Shown: one piece after another, positions 9,120 to 19,274 of the stretch
How the letters are laid out: every line of letters begins with the position of its first letter
Position numbering within the stretch: the first letter of the stretch is position 1
Source: Arenicellales bacterium
GTDB taxonomy: Bacteria > Pseudomonadota > Gammaproteobacteria > Arenicellales > Poriferihabitantaceae
Length of the DNA stretch: 64,000 nt
NCBI GenBank assembly: GCA_965231865.1
Contig: CBDDOJ010000002.1
Span: 493,837 to 557,836 of the forward strand
Reading direction: 5' to 3'
Program-made: the position numbers and the translations under genes
Notes under the pieces: generated by a model
What the model saw: the letters and a program-made list of their open reading frames with translations, nothing else
Databases searched by the model: none
What the model was told of the DNA's origin: nothing

Positions 9120-9715
9120 GTCTAAATCGGTTAACAGTGGTTTGGAGGCTCTGCCTGGAGGATTGTAAAATTCCAGATCGCGGAGGAGATAAAACGCATA
9201 ACACTATACCGCCGGATTATACACCAACTCTTTCCGGATAGTGTTTTGCCCTGGGGAAAAATTTCCCCGGACCCCGCCAGGGTCGGTTCAGAATTTCAGC
9301 CCGGCACCCGGCACCCGGGACGAGGCCGCGGTCTGGACTTTGAAGCACGAAGAAAGAAGTCCCGGACTGCGGTGGCCGGGAGATCAGCATGCCGGTCAAA
9401 CCGCCCCACGGTCTGGGGCCGGAACCGGGCCAACCCAACCGCCGGGGCCATCGAGCCAGAGGGGGATGGATAGCAAACCCCCTGTGTTTTGTGTTAGTGT
9501 AAAGCAACTGATTCGCGGGGTGCTGGGACAGTACAAAGTGCTCTTCGGCGGCAATGCCTGTCAGCACAAGTGGTGCGTTGGGCATTCTCTGCGCGGGGTG
9601 CAAGAAGTCCCGCCACGGCCCTCCGGCGGTGAGGGCAGGTTACCAGGCGCAGATGTGATGGATGGTTCCCGGGAGACTCCCGGAGACCTGCTATCGTAGC
9701 GTCGGTTTGAACAGG

Positions 9716-11017
9716 ATGGTACCAATGAAATACAAAATCGTAATTTTTTTGCTTCTGGGATGCATTGCGACGCAAGGCAGGTGGCTGTATGCCCAGGAAC
9801 CTGCATCGCTCCCCTTGGAAGACCTGCAGGTCTTTGCGGAAGTCTTCGGGAAGATCAAAAGCGAATACGTGGATGAAGTGTCCGATACGGTGTTGTTGCG
9901 TGATGCGATCCAGGGCATGCTTGCCGGGCTTGACCCGCATTCTGAATTTCTGGATCCGGTGGATTTCGAGGAAATCAAGACTGCAACCGATGGCAGATTT
10001 GGCGGGTTGGGTCTCGAGGTGACCACTGAATCCGGACTGGTTAAGGTGGTGGCCCCGATCTACGGAACCCCCGCCTACGCGGCGGGGATTCAGGCCGGGG
10101 ATTTTATCCTGATGCTCAATGGCCAGCCGCTGCGCGGCATGAGCCTCCGGGAGGTCGTGGAAAAAATGCGGGGGGTTCCGGGATCAGAGATCAGTCTGAC
10201 AGTCTCAAGGGCGGGTTTCGAAAACCCGAAAGACATCACACTCGTGCGTTCGGTCATCAAGGTGATCAGCGTTCGGGGTGAAGTGCTGGCAGAGGGGATT
10301 GGGTACGTCCGGGTATCCAGTTTTCAAAGCGGAACGGCCCAGAGTCTGCGCAATGAGATAAAGCTGCTGGGCGATTCCTATGGTCAGCCCCTCAAAGGCC
10401 TGATTCTGGATCTCAGAAACAACCCGGGAGGGGTGTTCACGGGGGCCGTGGAGGTGACCGACATATTTCTGGATGCGGGGGAAATTGTTTCAACCCGTAG
10501 CAGAAGAGTTGCCGAAGCCCGGAGTTTCACCGCAAAACCAGACGATGTCATTGACAATGCACCCATGGTAGTGCTGGTCAACGGTGGGTCTGCATCCGCC
10601 TCGGAAATCGTGGCCGGTGCTCTCCAGGACCATCGACGAGCCATTATCATGGGGACCCAGACCTTTGGGAAAGGCTCCGTGCAAACGATCATACCCATGC
10701 ACAATGGCAGCGCACTGAAAATGACGACTGCACGCTATTACACTCCTTCCGACCGGTCGATTCAGGCGAAGGGAATTACCCCGGATATCATCACGGAGCA
10801 GGCCGAATGGGTGGCCAGTCAAAATCCCCGGGACGAACTCAGTGAATCCGATTTGTTTGGCCACTTGAAGAATGAAGGATCGGACCCGGACGGCGAAAGT
10901 GAAGCCGGAGTTAAAATGGCCGATCTCATGGAAAATGATCGCCAGTTAAGGGAAGCGGTGAACCTGATCAAGGGGATGTCGCTGGTTAAAACGCGGTCGG
11001 GTTCAGCGGATGGCTGA
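9716..11017 (+). CDS. ctpA: S41 carboxy-terminal processing peptidase
   Basis: The start is an internal ATG (MVPMKYKIVIFLLLGC signal peptide). It has a PDZ region, and GGSASASEIVAGALQD..GTQTFGKGSVQ carries the Ser/Lys dyad. Confidence 0.9.
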   Translation: MVPMKYKIVIFLLLGCIATQGRWLYAQEPASLPLEDLQVFAEVFGKIKSEYVDEVSDTVLLRDAIQGMLAGLDPHSEFLDPVDFEEIKTATDGRFGGLGLEVTTESGLVKVVAPIYGTPAYAAGIQAGDFILMLNGQPLRGMSLREVVEKMRGVPGSEISLTVSRAGFENPKDITLVRSVIKVISVRGEVLAEGIGYVRVSSFQSGTAQSLRNEIKLLGDSYGQPLKGLILDLRNNPGGVFTGAVEVTDIFLDAGEIVSTRSRRVAEARSFTAKPDDVIDNAPMVVLVNGGSASASEIVAGALQDHRRAIIMGTQTFGKGSVQTIIPMHNGSALKMTTARYYTPSDRSIQAKGITPDIITEQAEWVASQNPRDELSESDLFGHLKNEGSDPDGESEAGVKMADLMENDRQLREAVNLIKGMSLVKTRSGSADG

Positions 11018-11047
11018 CGCTCGTCTCTCCTTGGTTTTGCTTCCGGG

Positions 11048-11278
11048 TTATTCGCGGGTTCGCCGTTTCTTGAGCCAGGCATTGATTTTATGGGAGAACC
11101 GCCGGGCCCATTGAAAGTCCAGGGACAGAATCATCAGTCCAAGAGGAATCATCCACAATCCCAGCACCGGCAAAAACCAGAAGAAGCCACCCAAAAGCAA
11201 TGCCAGGCCGAGAACCTGTCTTGGCAAGGCCGGCATGGCGCGGAATCGCTTGAGTATGGGCCGTAGTTTCGGGTTCAT
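11048..11278 (-). CDS. small two-TM membrane protein (PGPGW-like)
   Basis: 76 aa from an internal ATG: MNPKLRPILKRF..FLPVLGLWMIPLGLMILSLDFQWARRF. Confidence 0.5.
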   Translation of the reverse strand: MNPKLRPILKRFRAMPALPRQVLGLALLLGGFFWFLPVLGLWMIPLGLMILSLDFQWARRFSHKINAWLKKRRTRE

Positions 11279-11375
11279 TGTCAAAGCTGTTCCGGTGCGA
11301 CGCTGACTCAGTGCCTGGATAGTGGTATTGGGGTCAAGACACCAAGAAGATCGGTTAAGAAGTTCAGTTGAATCC

Positions 11376-12212
11376 ATGAAGTACAAATTCACCAAAATGC
11401 ACTCCCTCGGGAATGATTTTGTTCTGTTCAACGGCGCAACGGAACACATCCGGATGACCGGGAAAACAGCCAGAATGATTTCCGACCGCCACTTCGGCAT
11501 CGGATGCGATCAGATATTGGTGGCTGGGCCCCGGGACAGTCATGAAAGTGGGTTTCGGCTGAAAATATTCAATAGCGATGGAAGTGAAGCGGGCCAATGC
11601 GGCAATGGTGCCCGTTGTCTCGCACGATTTCTGTATGACCAGGGATTAACCAGTGATTCAACCATTGAGGTTACCACGAATACAACCACTGTTCACCTGA
11701 AACTCAATGACGACAACAGTGTGACGGCGGGCATGGGATGTCCCCGATTTGCGCCGGAAAGGATTCCGTTGAAGCGGGCCCGGCAGGAATTGGTTTACAC
11801 GGTGGACACTGCACTGGGGGAATTCAAATTCAGTGCGTTATCCATCGGCAACCCGCATTGTATTGTACAGGTAGACAGCGTGATGGCTGCTGAAGTGCAC
11901 CGCATCGGGCCATTGCTGGAAAGTCATGAACTCTTTCCGCAACGGGCGAATATCGGATTTTCACAGGTGGTATCAGAAAATGAGATTCATCTGAGAGTAT
12001 ACGAACGGGGTGCAGGCGAAACCCTGGGTTGTGGCAGCGGTGCCTGTGCCGCCGCCGTAGCCGGGATGCGGCTCGGGTTGTTGGAAAATGAAGTGAAAGT
12101 CAACCTGCCCGGCGGCAGCGTGGAGGTCCAGTGGCAGGGCAAGAACCACCCGGTCTACCAGCGAGGCCCCGTGACAACCGTATTCAGGGGGACCATTGAG
12201 TTTCCGAGTTGA
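11376..12212 (+). CDS. dapF: diaminopimelate epimerase
   Basis: MKYKFTKMHSLGNDFVLF, NSDGSEAGQCGNGARC and ERGAGETLGCGSGACAAA carry both catalytic Cys motifs. Confidence 0.95.
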   Translation: MKYKFTKMHSLGNDFVLFNGATEHIRMTGKTARMISDRHFGIGCDQILVAGPRDSHESGFRLKIFNSDGSEAGQCGNGARCLARFLYDQGLTSDSTIEVTTNTTTVHLKLNDDNSVTAGMGCPRFAPERIPLKRARQELVYTVDTALGEFKFSALSIGNPHCIVQVDSVMAAEVHRIGPLLESHELFPQRANIGFSQVVSENEIHLRVYERGAGETLGCGSGACAAAVAGMRLGLLENEVKVNLPGGSVEVQWQGKNHPVYQRGPVTTVFRGTIEFPS

Positions 12213-12292
12213 AAATCCCGGGTTAAAAATCCAGGGGATTCCGGTATTTTGCCGGGTATAATCACCGCATAAATCCAGTATCTTCCACCACC

Positions 12293-12925
12293 ATGCCTGA
12301 TCCCGAAGAAGTCATCGATTTTCTGAAAAATAACCCCTCATTTTTTGAGGAGAATGAGGACCTGTTGCTGGACATGACAATCAGCGATGGACAGGACCTG
12401 GCCTGTTTCTATGAACGAAAGATCCAGGTGCTCCGGGAACGTGAAAAACAACAGCAGGCAAAGATCGATATGATCGTGGACGGTGCCCGCAGCAACCAAC
12501 AACTGGAATCCGAACTGTTGCACATGGCAGTCCGCCTGCTGAGCGACGACCGCAGCAACCGGTCCGTGGACCAGGCATCGATATTGATCCGAAGCCAGTT
12601 TAATGTGGAAGAAGTCGTCATTTTCCAGGAGCCGGATGACGGCGCGTCCACGGACCCGCAGTATGAGGCGCTCAGGCAAAGAGTGCTTCACATGAGCAGT
12701 GTCTGTGATGACCGGATATCCACCAAACTGCTGGTGTCCCTGTTTGGAGGGGACGGTGAGGCGATTCAATCCTGTGCATTTGTTCCCCTGGTATTTGAAG
12801 GCGAGATCACCGGAGCCATGGTTTTGGGTTCGAACCGGGCTGAAAAGTTTGCCCCGGGCGCGGGAGTATTGTTTCTTGACCGGCTTGGACAGTTGATTGC
12901 GGGTTTTCTGCATGGCCGGCGGTGA
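12293..12925 (+). CDS. DUF484 (YigA-like, GAF-type) protein
   Basis: 210 aa in the canonical position between dapF and xerC. N-terminus reads VIDFLKNNPSFFEEN. Confidence 0.8.
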   Translation: MPDPEEVIDFLKNNPSFFEENEDLLLDMTISDGQDLACFYERKIQVLREREKQQQAKIDMIVDGARSNQQLESELLHMAVRLLSDDRSNRSVDQASILIRSQFNVEEVVIFQEPDDGASTDPQYEALRQRVLHMSSVCDDRISTKLLVSLFGGDGEAIQSCAFVPLVFEGEITGAMVLGSNRAEKFAPGAGVLFLDRLGQLIAGFLHGRR

Positions 12926-12929
12926 CGGG

Positions 12930-13844
12930 ATGGGGCGTTTGAACGAAAAGGTGCAGGAGTATATAGGGGTTCTTGAACGCCAGCGGAAACTGTCCGAAAA
13001 TACCATACGCGCCTATCAGCGGGACCTGGCGCAGCTGGTTGATTTTGCCCGTGAAAAAGGGCTGACCGACTGGGGCAGGCTGTCCACCCGGGATGCGCGG
13101 TATTTTCCGGCAAGAATGCATCAAAAAGGGCTCTCCGGGCACAGTATCCGGCGTACCCTGTCCGCCTGCCGGGGCTATTACCGATACCTGCTGCAGCAGC
13201 AGTCCGGGGGCGTGAACCCCTTTGAGGGAGTCCGCGCACCCAAATCGGGGAAGAAGCTGCCCGAGACCCTGAGTGTGGATGAGCTCAACACCCTGCTGGC
13301 ACCCCACGATGGCAGCCTTCTTTCCATGCGCGACCATGCCATGCTGGAGTTGTTTTATTCTTCGGGACTGCGCCTGTCGGAACTGGCGTCCCTGGACAGG
13401 TATTCCGTCGACCTCGCCCAGCGCCAGGTGAAAGTGGTGGGAAAGGGAAACAAGCAGCGACTGGTGCCGGTTGGCAGGATGGCCATCAAGGCGATACGCA
13501 AGTGGCTGGACAACCGCCCGCAGATGGCGCATCCCCAGGAGGTTGCCATGTTTGTCAACCAGGCTGGTCATCGAATCAGCGCCCGGGGAATCCAGTACCG
13601 GATGAACCAGTGGGCAAAGCAAAGAGGGATCAACCGGAAAGTGCACCCCCATATGCTGCGGCATTCGTTCGCCAGCCATGTTCTTGAATCCAGCGGCGAC
13701 CTGCGTGCGGTCCAGGAAATGTTGGGGCACTCCGATATCACGACCACCCAGATTTATACCCACCTGGATTTCCAACATCTGGCGGAAGTGTACGATCAGG
13801 CCCATCCAAGGGCAAAAAAAGTGCGAAAATCACGCGATTCCTGA
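12930..13844 (+). CDS. xerC: site-specific tyrosine recombinase XerC
   Basis: YLGVLERQRKLSENTIRAYQRDL, HMLRHSFASHVL and LGHSDITTTQIYTH are present. The start is taken at the ATG just after the DUF484 stop; 12912 is an alternative. Confidence 0.9.
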   Translation: MGRLNEKVQEYIGVLERQRKLSENTIRAYQRDLAQLVDFAREKGLTDWGRLSTRDARYFPARMHQKGLSGHSIRRTLSACRGYYRYLLQQQSGGVNPFEGVRAPKSGKKLPETLSVDELNTLLAPHDGSLLSMRDHAMLELFYSSGLRLSELASLDRYSVDLAQRQVKVVGKGNKQRLVPVGRMAIKAIRKWLDNRPQMAHPQEVAMFVNQAGHRISARGIQYRMNQWAKQRGINRKVHPHMLRHSFASHVLESSGDLRAVQEMLGHSDITTTQIYTHLDFQHLAEVYDQAHPRAKKVRKSRDS

Positions 13845-13944
13845 GCGTACGCGGCTACCCGTCGTTGAAATCTGCCCACATCATGGATATAGTCCGCCGT
13901 CATTTTTTTAATGTTTCATTCATCTTAGTTCAGGAAATAGCCCA

Positions 13945-15945
13945 ATGATTACTTCACTGCCCATGATAATGGGGGTTGTCGGCCTACTGGTCGCATTACT
14001 GGTATACAAAATGGTATTACGGTACCCGGCGGGGGAAGGCAAGGTTGCCGAGATCGGAGAAAAGATCCATCGGGGTGCCATGGTTTTCATGCGCCGGGAA
14101 TATGGCTATCTGACTATATTTGTCGCGGTGGTCGCACTGCTGATTTTCATCTCCGACCTTGGCGTCAAGACCATGCTTGCATTTCTGATTGGGGCGTTGT
14201 GTTCGGGGGTGGCCGGCTATATTGGCATGTATGCCGCAACCCATGCCAATGTCAGAACTACCACGGCGGCGGCACAGGTGGGGGCTGAAAGCGCGCTGGC
14301 AGTGGCGTTTTTCGGGGGCTCGGTGATGGGGTTGTGCGTGGCGGCCATGGGATTGCTGGGAATCGGTTTTCTCTACCTGCTGTTTGGCGGCGACCCGGAG
14401 ACGGCCCATGTGATTCACGGGTTCGGAATGGGGGCTTCTTCCGTTGCGCTGTTTTCCAGGGTCGGGGGTGGAATATTTACCAAGAGCGCCGATGTGGGGG
14501 CTGATCTGGTGGGGAAAGTGGAAGCCGGAATACCGGAAGATGATCCCCGAAACCCCGGGGTTATTGCGGACAATGTCGGGGACAATGTGGGCGATGTTGC
14601 AGGAATGGGGTCGGATATTTTCGAGTCGTATTGTGGTTCCATCATCGCAACCATCGCCATCGCCACCACCCTGCCTCCGGCAATGTTCAACCTGCTGGGG
14701 GAGCAGTCGGTGCTGATGTTCCTTCCCCTTGCGATGGCATCCGCCGGCCTCGTTTGTTCCATTTTGGGGATCGGGCTGGTGAAAATGAATACCGCCAGGT
14801 CTCCGGAGCTCGCGCTTCGAATTGGAACCATCGGGACCACCGTCCTGTTCATGGTGGTTTCCTATTTCGTGATCCGGTACATGGAAGTGAGTGTGAATGT
14901 ATGGGGGTCCGTAGCGGTGGGCGCAGTGGGCGGAATCGGCATTGGACTGATTACCGAATACTATACCGGTGGAAAACCGGTTCGTAATATTGCGAAAAGC
15001 GGGGAAACCGGTCCGGCGACCGTCATGATTGCCGGCCTCGCGGTGGGGATGGAATCGGTGGTGGTTCCGTTGCTGATCATCGCCTCCATCATCCTGGTCT
15101 CAAGCCACCTGACCGGCCTGTACGGTGTCGGCATCGCCGCAGTCGGCATGCTGGCCACCGTCGGCATTACCATGGCCATTGACGCCTATGGCCCGGTTGC
15201 CGACAACGCAGGTGGGATCGCGGAAATGGCCGGCATGGGCAAGGAAGTCCGTGAAATCACCGATTCCCTGGACGAACTGGGCAATACCACGGCTGCCATT
15301 GGAAAGGGCTTTGCCATTGGCGCAGCCGCCTTGGCGGCGTTGGCCATTATTTCCGCTTTTATCGAAACCGTTTCTCATCTGAACCCGGGTTTTTCATTGG
15401 AACTCAGTGACCCCAGGGTGTTGGCCGGCATGTTCCTGGGCGGCATCTTCCCCTTCCTGGTCTCCAGTATTACGATGAATGCGGTGGGCAGTGCGGCGTT
15501 CGAAATGATTCATGAAATTCGTCGTCAATTCAAGGAAATACCCGGGCTGATGGAGGGGACTGCGGAGCCGGATTCTGACCGCTGTGTGGACATTGCCACC
15601 CGGGCGGCACTCAAGCGGATGATTTTGCCGGGAGTGCTGGCCGTCGCAGCGCCCGCCGTGGTCGGATTTGGCCTTGGGGCAACGGCCCTGGGGGGCATGC
15701 TCGGCGGGGCACTCCTTGGCTGTGTGCTGATGGCCTTGACAATGGCCAATGCGGGAGGGGCCTGGGACAATGCCAAGAAATACATCGAAAAGGGAAACTT
15801 GGGCGGCAAGGGCTCGGAGGTTCATGCCGCGGCGGTGGTGGGGGATACGGTGGGGGACCCATTCAAGGACACCTCCGGGCCGTCCATGAACATCCTGATT
15901 AATGTCATGGCCATTGTCAGCCTGGTGATTGCCCCGCTCCTGTAG
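13945..15945 (+). CDS. hppA: membrane-integral pyrophosphate-energised cation pump (M-PPase)
   Basis: 666 aa and polytopic, with [31 protein letters not shown] and [14 protein letters not shown]. The Ala in the last motif suggests the K+-dependent subtype. Confidence 0.95.
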   Translation: MITSLPMIMGVVGLLVALLVYKMVLRYPAGEGKVAEIGEKIHRGAMVFMRREYGYLTIFVAVVALLIFISDLGVKTMLAFLIGALCSGVAGYIGMYAATHANVRTTTAAAQVGAESALAVAFFGGSVMGLCVAAMGLLGIGFLYLLFGGDPETAHVIHGFGMGASSVALFSRVGGGIFTKSADVGADLVGKVEAGIPEDDPRNPGVIADNVGDNVGDVAGMGSDIFESYCGSIIATIAIATTLPPAMFNLLGEQSVLMFLPLAMASAGLVCSILGIGLVKMNTARSPELALRIGTIGTTVLFMVVSYFVIRYMEVSVNVWGSVAVGAVGGIGIGLITEYYTGGKPVRNIAKSGETGPATVMIAGLAVGMESVVVPLLIIASIILVSSHLTGLYGVGIAAVGMLATVGITMAIDAYGPVADNAGGIAEMAGMGKEVREITDSLDELGNTTAAIGKGFAIGAAALAALAIISAFIETVSHLNPGFSLELSDPRVLAGMFLGGIFPFLVSSITMNAVGSAAFEMIHEIRRQFKEIPGLMEGTAEPDSDRCVDIATRAALKRMILPGVLAVAAPAVVGFGLGATALGGMLGGALLGCVLMALTMANAGGAWDNAKKYIEKGNLGGKGSEVHAAAVVGDTVGDPFKDTSGPSMNILINVMAIVSLVIAPLL

Positions 15946-16046
15946 CGGGAAAGGCATCCGCGGCCTGCTGTCCTGTTTTCGGCCCCGTCCTTCCCATTGG
16001 TGGAAGCACGGGGCGGTTCCGGGCAGGGTCTCAGGCAGTCCGGGTC

Positions 16047-16238
16047 TCAGGAAAATTCCTGCCCCACTTCAAAATCAAAGATTTCGTTGAGCCTGAACTC
16101 GGTGATTAGTTGATCAACCGCCGCCTGGCCATGCTCCTTGGACACTTGCGTGAGGATGAGCTGTGCGGAATGCCGGTTGTACGACCCTCCGAAATCCGCC
16201 TGTACCTGAATGAGCTGTCGGGCCTTGTCCAGGGTCAC
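16047..16238 (-). CDS. possible 63-aa protein translationally coupled to pfp
   Basis: Its GTG start overlaps the pfp TGA (GTGA). The product is VTLDKARQLIQVQADFGGSYNRHSAQLILTQVSKEHGQAAVDQLITEFRLNEIFDFEVGQEFS. It was extracted from ORF 16047..16463, and no family was recognised. Confidence 0.3.
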   Translation of the reverse strand: MTLDKARQLIQVQADFGGSYNRHSAQLILTQVSKEHGQAAVDQLITEFRLNEIFDFEVGQEFS

Positions 16239-17500
16239 AGGCTGAAGTTCGTGTCGAGTTTTTTCCGGACCGGATGGTTTTCCAGTCGAACATAGTCCGG
16301 CAGGCCCTCCTGATAGGGAGGGTAATCTTCCCCCAGCATCAGCGGCTGCAGGTAATCCCGGCACTTTTGGGTAATGCCAAAACCATCCTCTGAGATATAG
16401 TCCCTGGGCAGTTTCTTTTCCACGTTGGCAACCCGGCTCAGCTCGACGGTGCCAATTTTCCATTCATAGGGGTGGTTGCGGACCCGGTCAATGGTGGGCA
16501 TGACGGAATTTTTACCCTGCAGCACCAGTTCCACGGCGGTTTTGCCCAATGCGTAAGCCTGTTCCACATCCGTTCTGGATGCAATATGCCGGGCGGACCG
16601 CTGCAGATAGTCGGCCACCGCCCAGTGGAATTTAAATCCCAGGTCCTGCTTCACCATGTTCGCCACCACCGGGGCCACGCCACCGAGCTGGGCATGCCCA
16701 AAGGCATCCATCTGGCCCTGGTCAGACAGAAACCTGCCGCCTGGGTCGCAGACCCCTTCGGATACCACGACGGACACATAGCCGTATTGTTCCACTTTTC
16801 GGCGGACTTCAGCGATGAATTGATTCCGGTTGAACGGGATTTCCGGAAAAAGCACAAGGATGGGAAGTTTTGTCCTGTCATCCGATGCCATTGCGCCGGC
16901 TGCCGCGATCCACCCGGCATGGCGTCCCATCACTTCCAGGATAAAGACCTTGGTGGAGGTTTCCGCCATGGAAGCCACGTCAAAGCTGGCTTCACGGGTG
17001 GAGATGGCGATGTACTTGGCCACGGACCCGAACCCCGGGCAGTTGTCCGTAAAAGGGAGATCATTGTCCACGGTCTTGGGGATGTGGATGGCCTGGATGG
17101 GGTATTTTGTCTCGGTGGACAGCTGGGCAACCTTCAAGCATGTATCCGCCGAATCGCCCCCGCCGTTATAGAAAAAGTAGCCGATGTCATGGGCGTTGAA
17201 AACGTCCATCAGCCGTTGGTATACCCGGCGATTTTCTTCGATGCCCTTCAGCTTGTACCGGCAGGAACCAAAGGCACCTGACGGCGTGTGGCGAAGTTTT
17301 GAAATGGCGGACGCCGATTCGGCTGACGTATCGATGAGGTCTTCGTGCAGGGCACCGAGGATGCCATGGCGGCCGGCATAGACGTTGCCGATTTTGTCCC
17401 GGTGTTTCCTGGCTGTTTCGATGACGCCGGCGGCGGAAGCATTGATGACCGCGGTCACCCCGCCGGACTGGGCATAAAAGGCATTTGGGATGCGGTTCAT
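16235..17500 (-). CDS. pfp: PfkA-family phosphofructokinase, probably PPi-dependent
   Basis: 421 aa, with NAFYAQSGGVTAVINAS, NGGGDSADT and PKTVDNDLP. PPi specificity is inferred from the family type and the hppA neighbour. Confidence 0.85.
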   Translation of the reverse strand: MNRIPNAFYAQSGGVTAVINASAAGVIETARKHRDKIGNVYAGRHGILGALHEDLIDTSAESASAISKLRHTPSGAFGSCRYKLKGIEENRRVYQRLMDVFNAHDIGYFFYNGGGDSADTCLKVAQLSTETKYPIQAIHIPKTVDNDLPFTDNCPGFGSVAKYIAISTREASFDVASMAETSTKVFILEVMGRHAGWIAAAGAMASDDRTKLPILVLFPEIPFNRNQFIAEVRRKVEQYGYVSVVVSEGVCDPGGRFLSDQGQMDAFGHAQLGGVAPVVANMVKQDLGFKFHWAVADYLQRSARHIASRTDVEQAYALGKTAVELVLQGKNSVMPTIDRVRNHPYEWKIGTVELSRVANVEKKLPRDYISEDGFGITQKCRDYLQPLMLGEDYPPYQEGLPDYVRLENHPVRKKLDTNFSL

Positions 17501-17561
17501 TTTGTGCAGGGATCGGTTAATTCAGTGACTTGCCGGTACTGCCGGAACCAACCCCTTCCCG
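17326..17561. repeat. direct repeat copy 1: pfp codons 1-58, a 16-bp spacer and the last 44 bp of the upstream 127-aa gene
   Basis: It matches 19731-19928 plus 21722-21759 with only 3 internal mismatches, read directly from the sequence. Confidence 0.9.
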
Positions 17562-17900
17562 CTCTCTTTCATGGTCAGACTGGGTCTGGAGAACGGCAGC
17601 GACACATTCATCCAGCTGGTTGTATTCCTCAATCCCCGTTCCGAACTGTTCATGGGGCGTGTAGAAAAACTGGGTTCGAAAAGCAAACATCCCGACTTTG
17701 AAAACAACGAAATTGCAGCCCCGTTCATGCCAGAAAACCGTGGGGCACGTGGTGAGGTCCGCATCGTCATTGCCCAAGCTGATCTCACAGTCCGCGAGTT
17801 GGATTTCAACATCCTTCTTGTATCGCTGGGTCAGCATCTCCCGGATGCCATGAAGTTCAGCGTCGGTAAATTCTGTCATTCTCTGGGAATTGAAAGGCAC
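17517..17900 (-). CDS. hypothetical 127-aa protein
   Basis: A clean ORF between hipA and pfp on the same strand: ..TEFTDAELHGIREMLTQRYKK..FWHERGCNFVVFK... No family was recognised. Confidence 0.55.
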   Translation of the reverse strand: MPFNSQRMTEFTDAELHGIREMLTQRYKKDVEIQLADCEISLGNDDADLTTCPTVFWHERGCNFVVFKVGMFAFRTQFFYTPHEQFGTGIEEYNQLDECVAAVLQTQSDHEREREGVGSGSTGKSLN

Positions 17901-18023
17901 GGTTCGTTCTGGATTCTACAATAAATCCAATGTGGTCACCATTCTGCTACCCAACGAGGATTAATACCGCCGACAATTATCGGCTCCTTGCCCTGGCCAC
18001 TCGGGATAAAGTGGCACCGCCTT

Positions 18024-19274
18024 CTATTCGTTGATCGTGCGCTGACATTGCTTGGTTACAACCTGTTCAATCCGTTGCAGTGCCGCATACTCGCCATAAA
18101 GATTTTCAAAGTTTTCCCTCACAGGCTGCAGGTTCTCCAGCAGCCTTGTAGCAACACCCAGAACTTGATTCTGGAGGAACTGAGGACGCAATCCACACTG
18201 GTTCGCCAGTGTGTCCCAATGCTTCAGGGTTACAACCCCCGGATTTCTTTCATCGCCTACGGAAAGAGCCAGGTGATAATCAATGCGTTCTATGGCACAG
18301 GTGCAAACGAGGTCATAAAAAGGCGCTAACCGGATTTCACCATTGGCCTGATGCAGTAGAGAAAGGTTTTTGGCGTGGCCATCCGAGTTGCCTGCCAGGA
18401 CGTTGAAGGCTTGCCAGCGAAGTAAATGCTGTACGTCGTTGGCAGGGTCGGTGGAGACATCCTGAATCAGCCGATAACAGTCGGCGAATGTCGGACCACC
18501 GTCCTCCTGATACTTGCGCTCGTGCCCGAAACCCAGCGCCTGACAAAAATCTTCCTGATGCAACCTCGCAATCCGGCCATTTTCAAGTGGGTGTCGATCA
18601 TAACGCTCAATCAAAGCATAGTGTGTGTCAGCTATTGAACGCAGCTGAATGTCGACCACTGGCAAGCCGATGGCTTCCGCCAGCAGGGTGGTAAAAGTCT
18701 CGTAGGCTGGCAGGTGCCGGTAATCGGACAATTCAAATTTCAGGATGTGGCTGGAGGGCGATTCCTTCTTGGGTAGCCAGTAGTCGTCGCCTTTCACCAA
18801 TACAGGGCATTTGTCCTGAGCTCCGGCTAAAGACAGCCGGGGGCGTTCATTGACAGTCCAGGTATACACTTGACCCCGGCGGGCAACCAGATTGGTGAGT
18901 TCTTCGTCCGAGATTTTGTGGTACTCGTGCTCCGTTGAGGGTTGATGCTCTGCTTGTAATAGGGAAAGCGCACCCGCACATTCACCGCCAATGGCGCGAA
19001 GCAGATCAAAGTCGGTATTGGCGATTTTGAGGTCGCGAACTATCTGATAGCGGACGCCTCCTTCTGGCAGCAGATTGGCGAAAAAGCGGTGAGCGAGATC
19101 TTCTTCAGGCGTAAAATCTTCCTTGCGCAGAGGCAGTGTATAGGAGATGGCAAATTCACCTTGTGCCAGCCATTCCTCTTCGTAACGAAAGCCGATCAGT
19201 CCCTGGGTGTTTCGCCACAGGTAGCCGACGAGTCGTTGATCGCTCCAGACATTGAGGCCATCGGGGTCAAGCAT
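18024..19274 (-). CDS. hipA: HipA-family serine/threonine kinase toxin
   Basis: MLDPDGLNVWSDQRLVGYL, LSLAGAQDK and NSDGHAKNLSLL are present. The start is taken at the ATG that overlaps the hipB end by 8 nt. Confidence 0.9.
   Translation of the reverse strand: MLDPDGLNVWSDQRLVGYLWRNTQGLIGFRYEEEWLAQGEFAISYTLPLRKEDFTPEEDLAHRFFANLLPEGGVRYQIVRDLKIANTDFDLLRAIGGECAGALSLLQAEHQPSTEHEYHKISDEELTNLVARRGQVYTWTVNERPRLSLAGAQDKCPVLVKGDDYWLPKKESPSSHILKFELSDYRHLPAYETFTTLLAEAIGLPVVDIQLRSIADTHYALIERYDRHPLENGRIARLHQEDFCQALGFGHERKYQEDGGPTFADCYRLIQDVSTDPANDVQHLLRWQAFNVLAGNSDGHAKNLSLLHQANGEIRLAPFYDLVCTCAIERIDYHLALSVGDERNPGVVTLKHWDTLANQCGLRPQFLQNQVLGVATRLLENLQPVRENFENLYGEYAALQRIEQVVTKQCQRTINE

Noticed and set aside
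9340-9375. GAAAGAAGTCCCGGAC, reminiscent of the RNase P RNA GGAAAGUCCGGGC element
   Set aside because: The match is imperfect. The other universally conserved RNase P RNA segments, such as ACAGAACCCGGCUUA, are absent on either strand.
12807-13805. 332-aa ORF on the minus strand
   Set aside because: It lies entirely antisense to xerC, which has unmistakable recombinase motifs. Its composition is Pro/Gly/Arg/His-rich, which is typical of shadow ORFs in GC-rich DNA.
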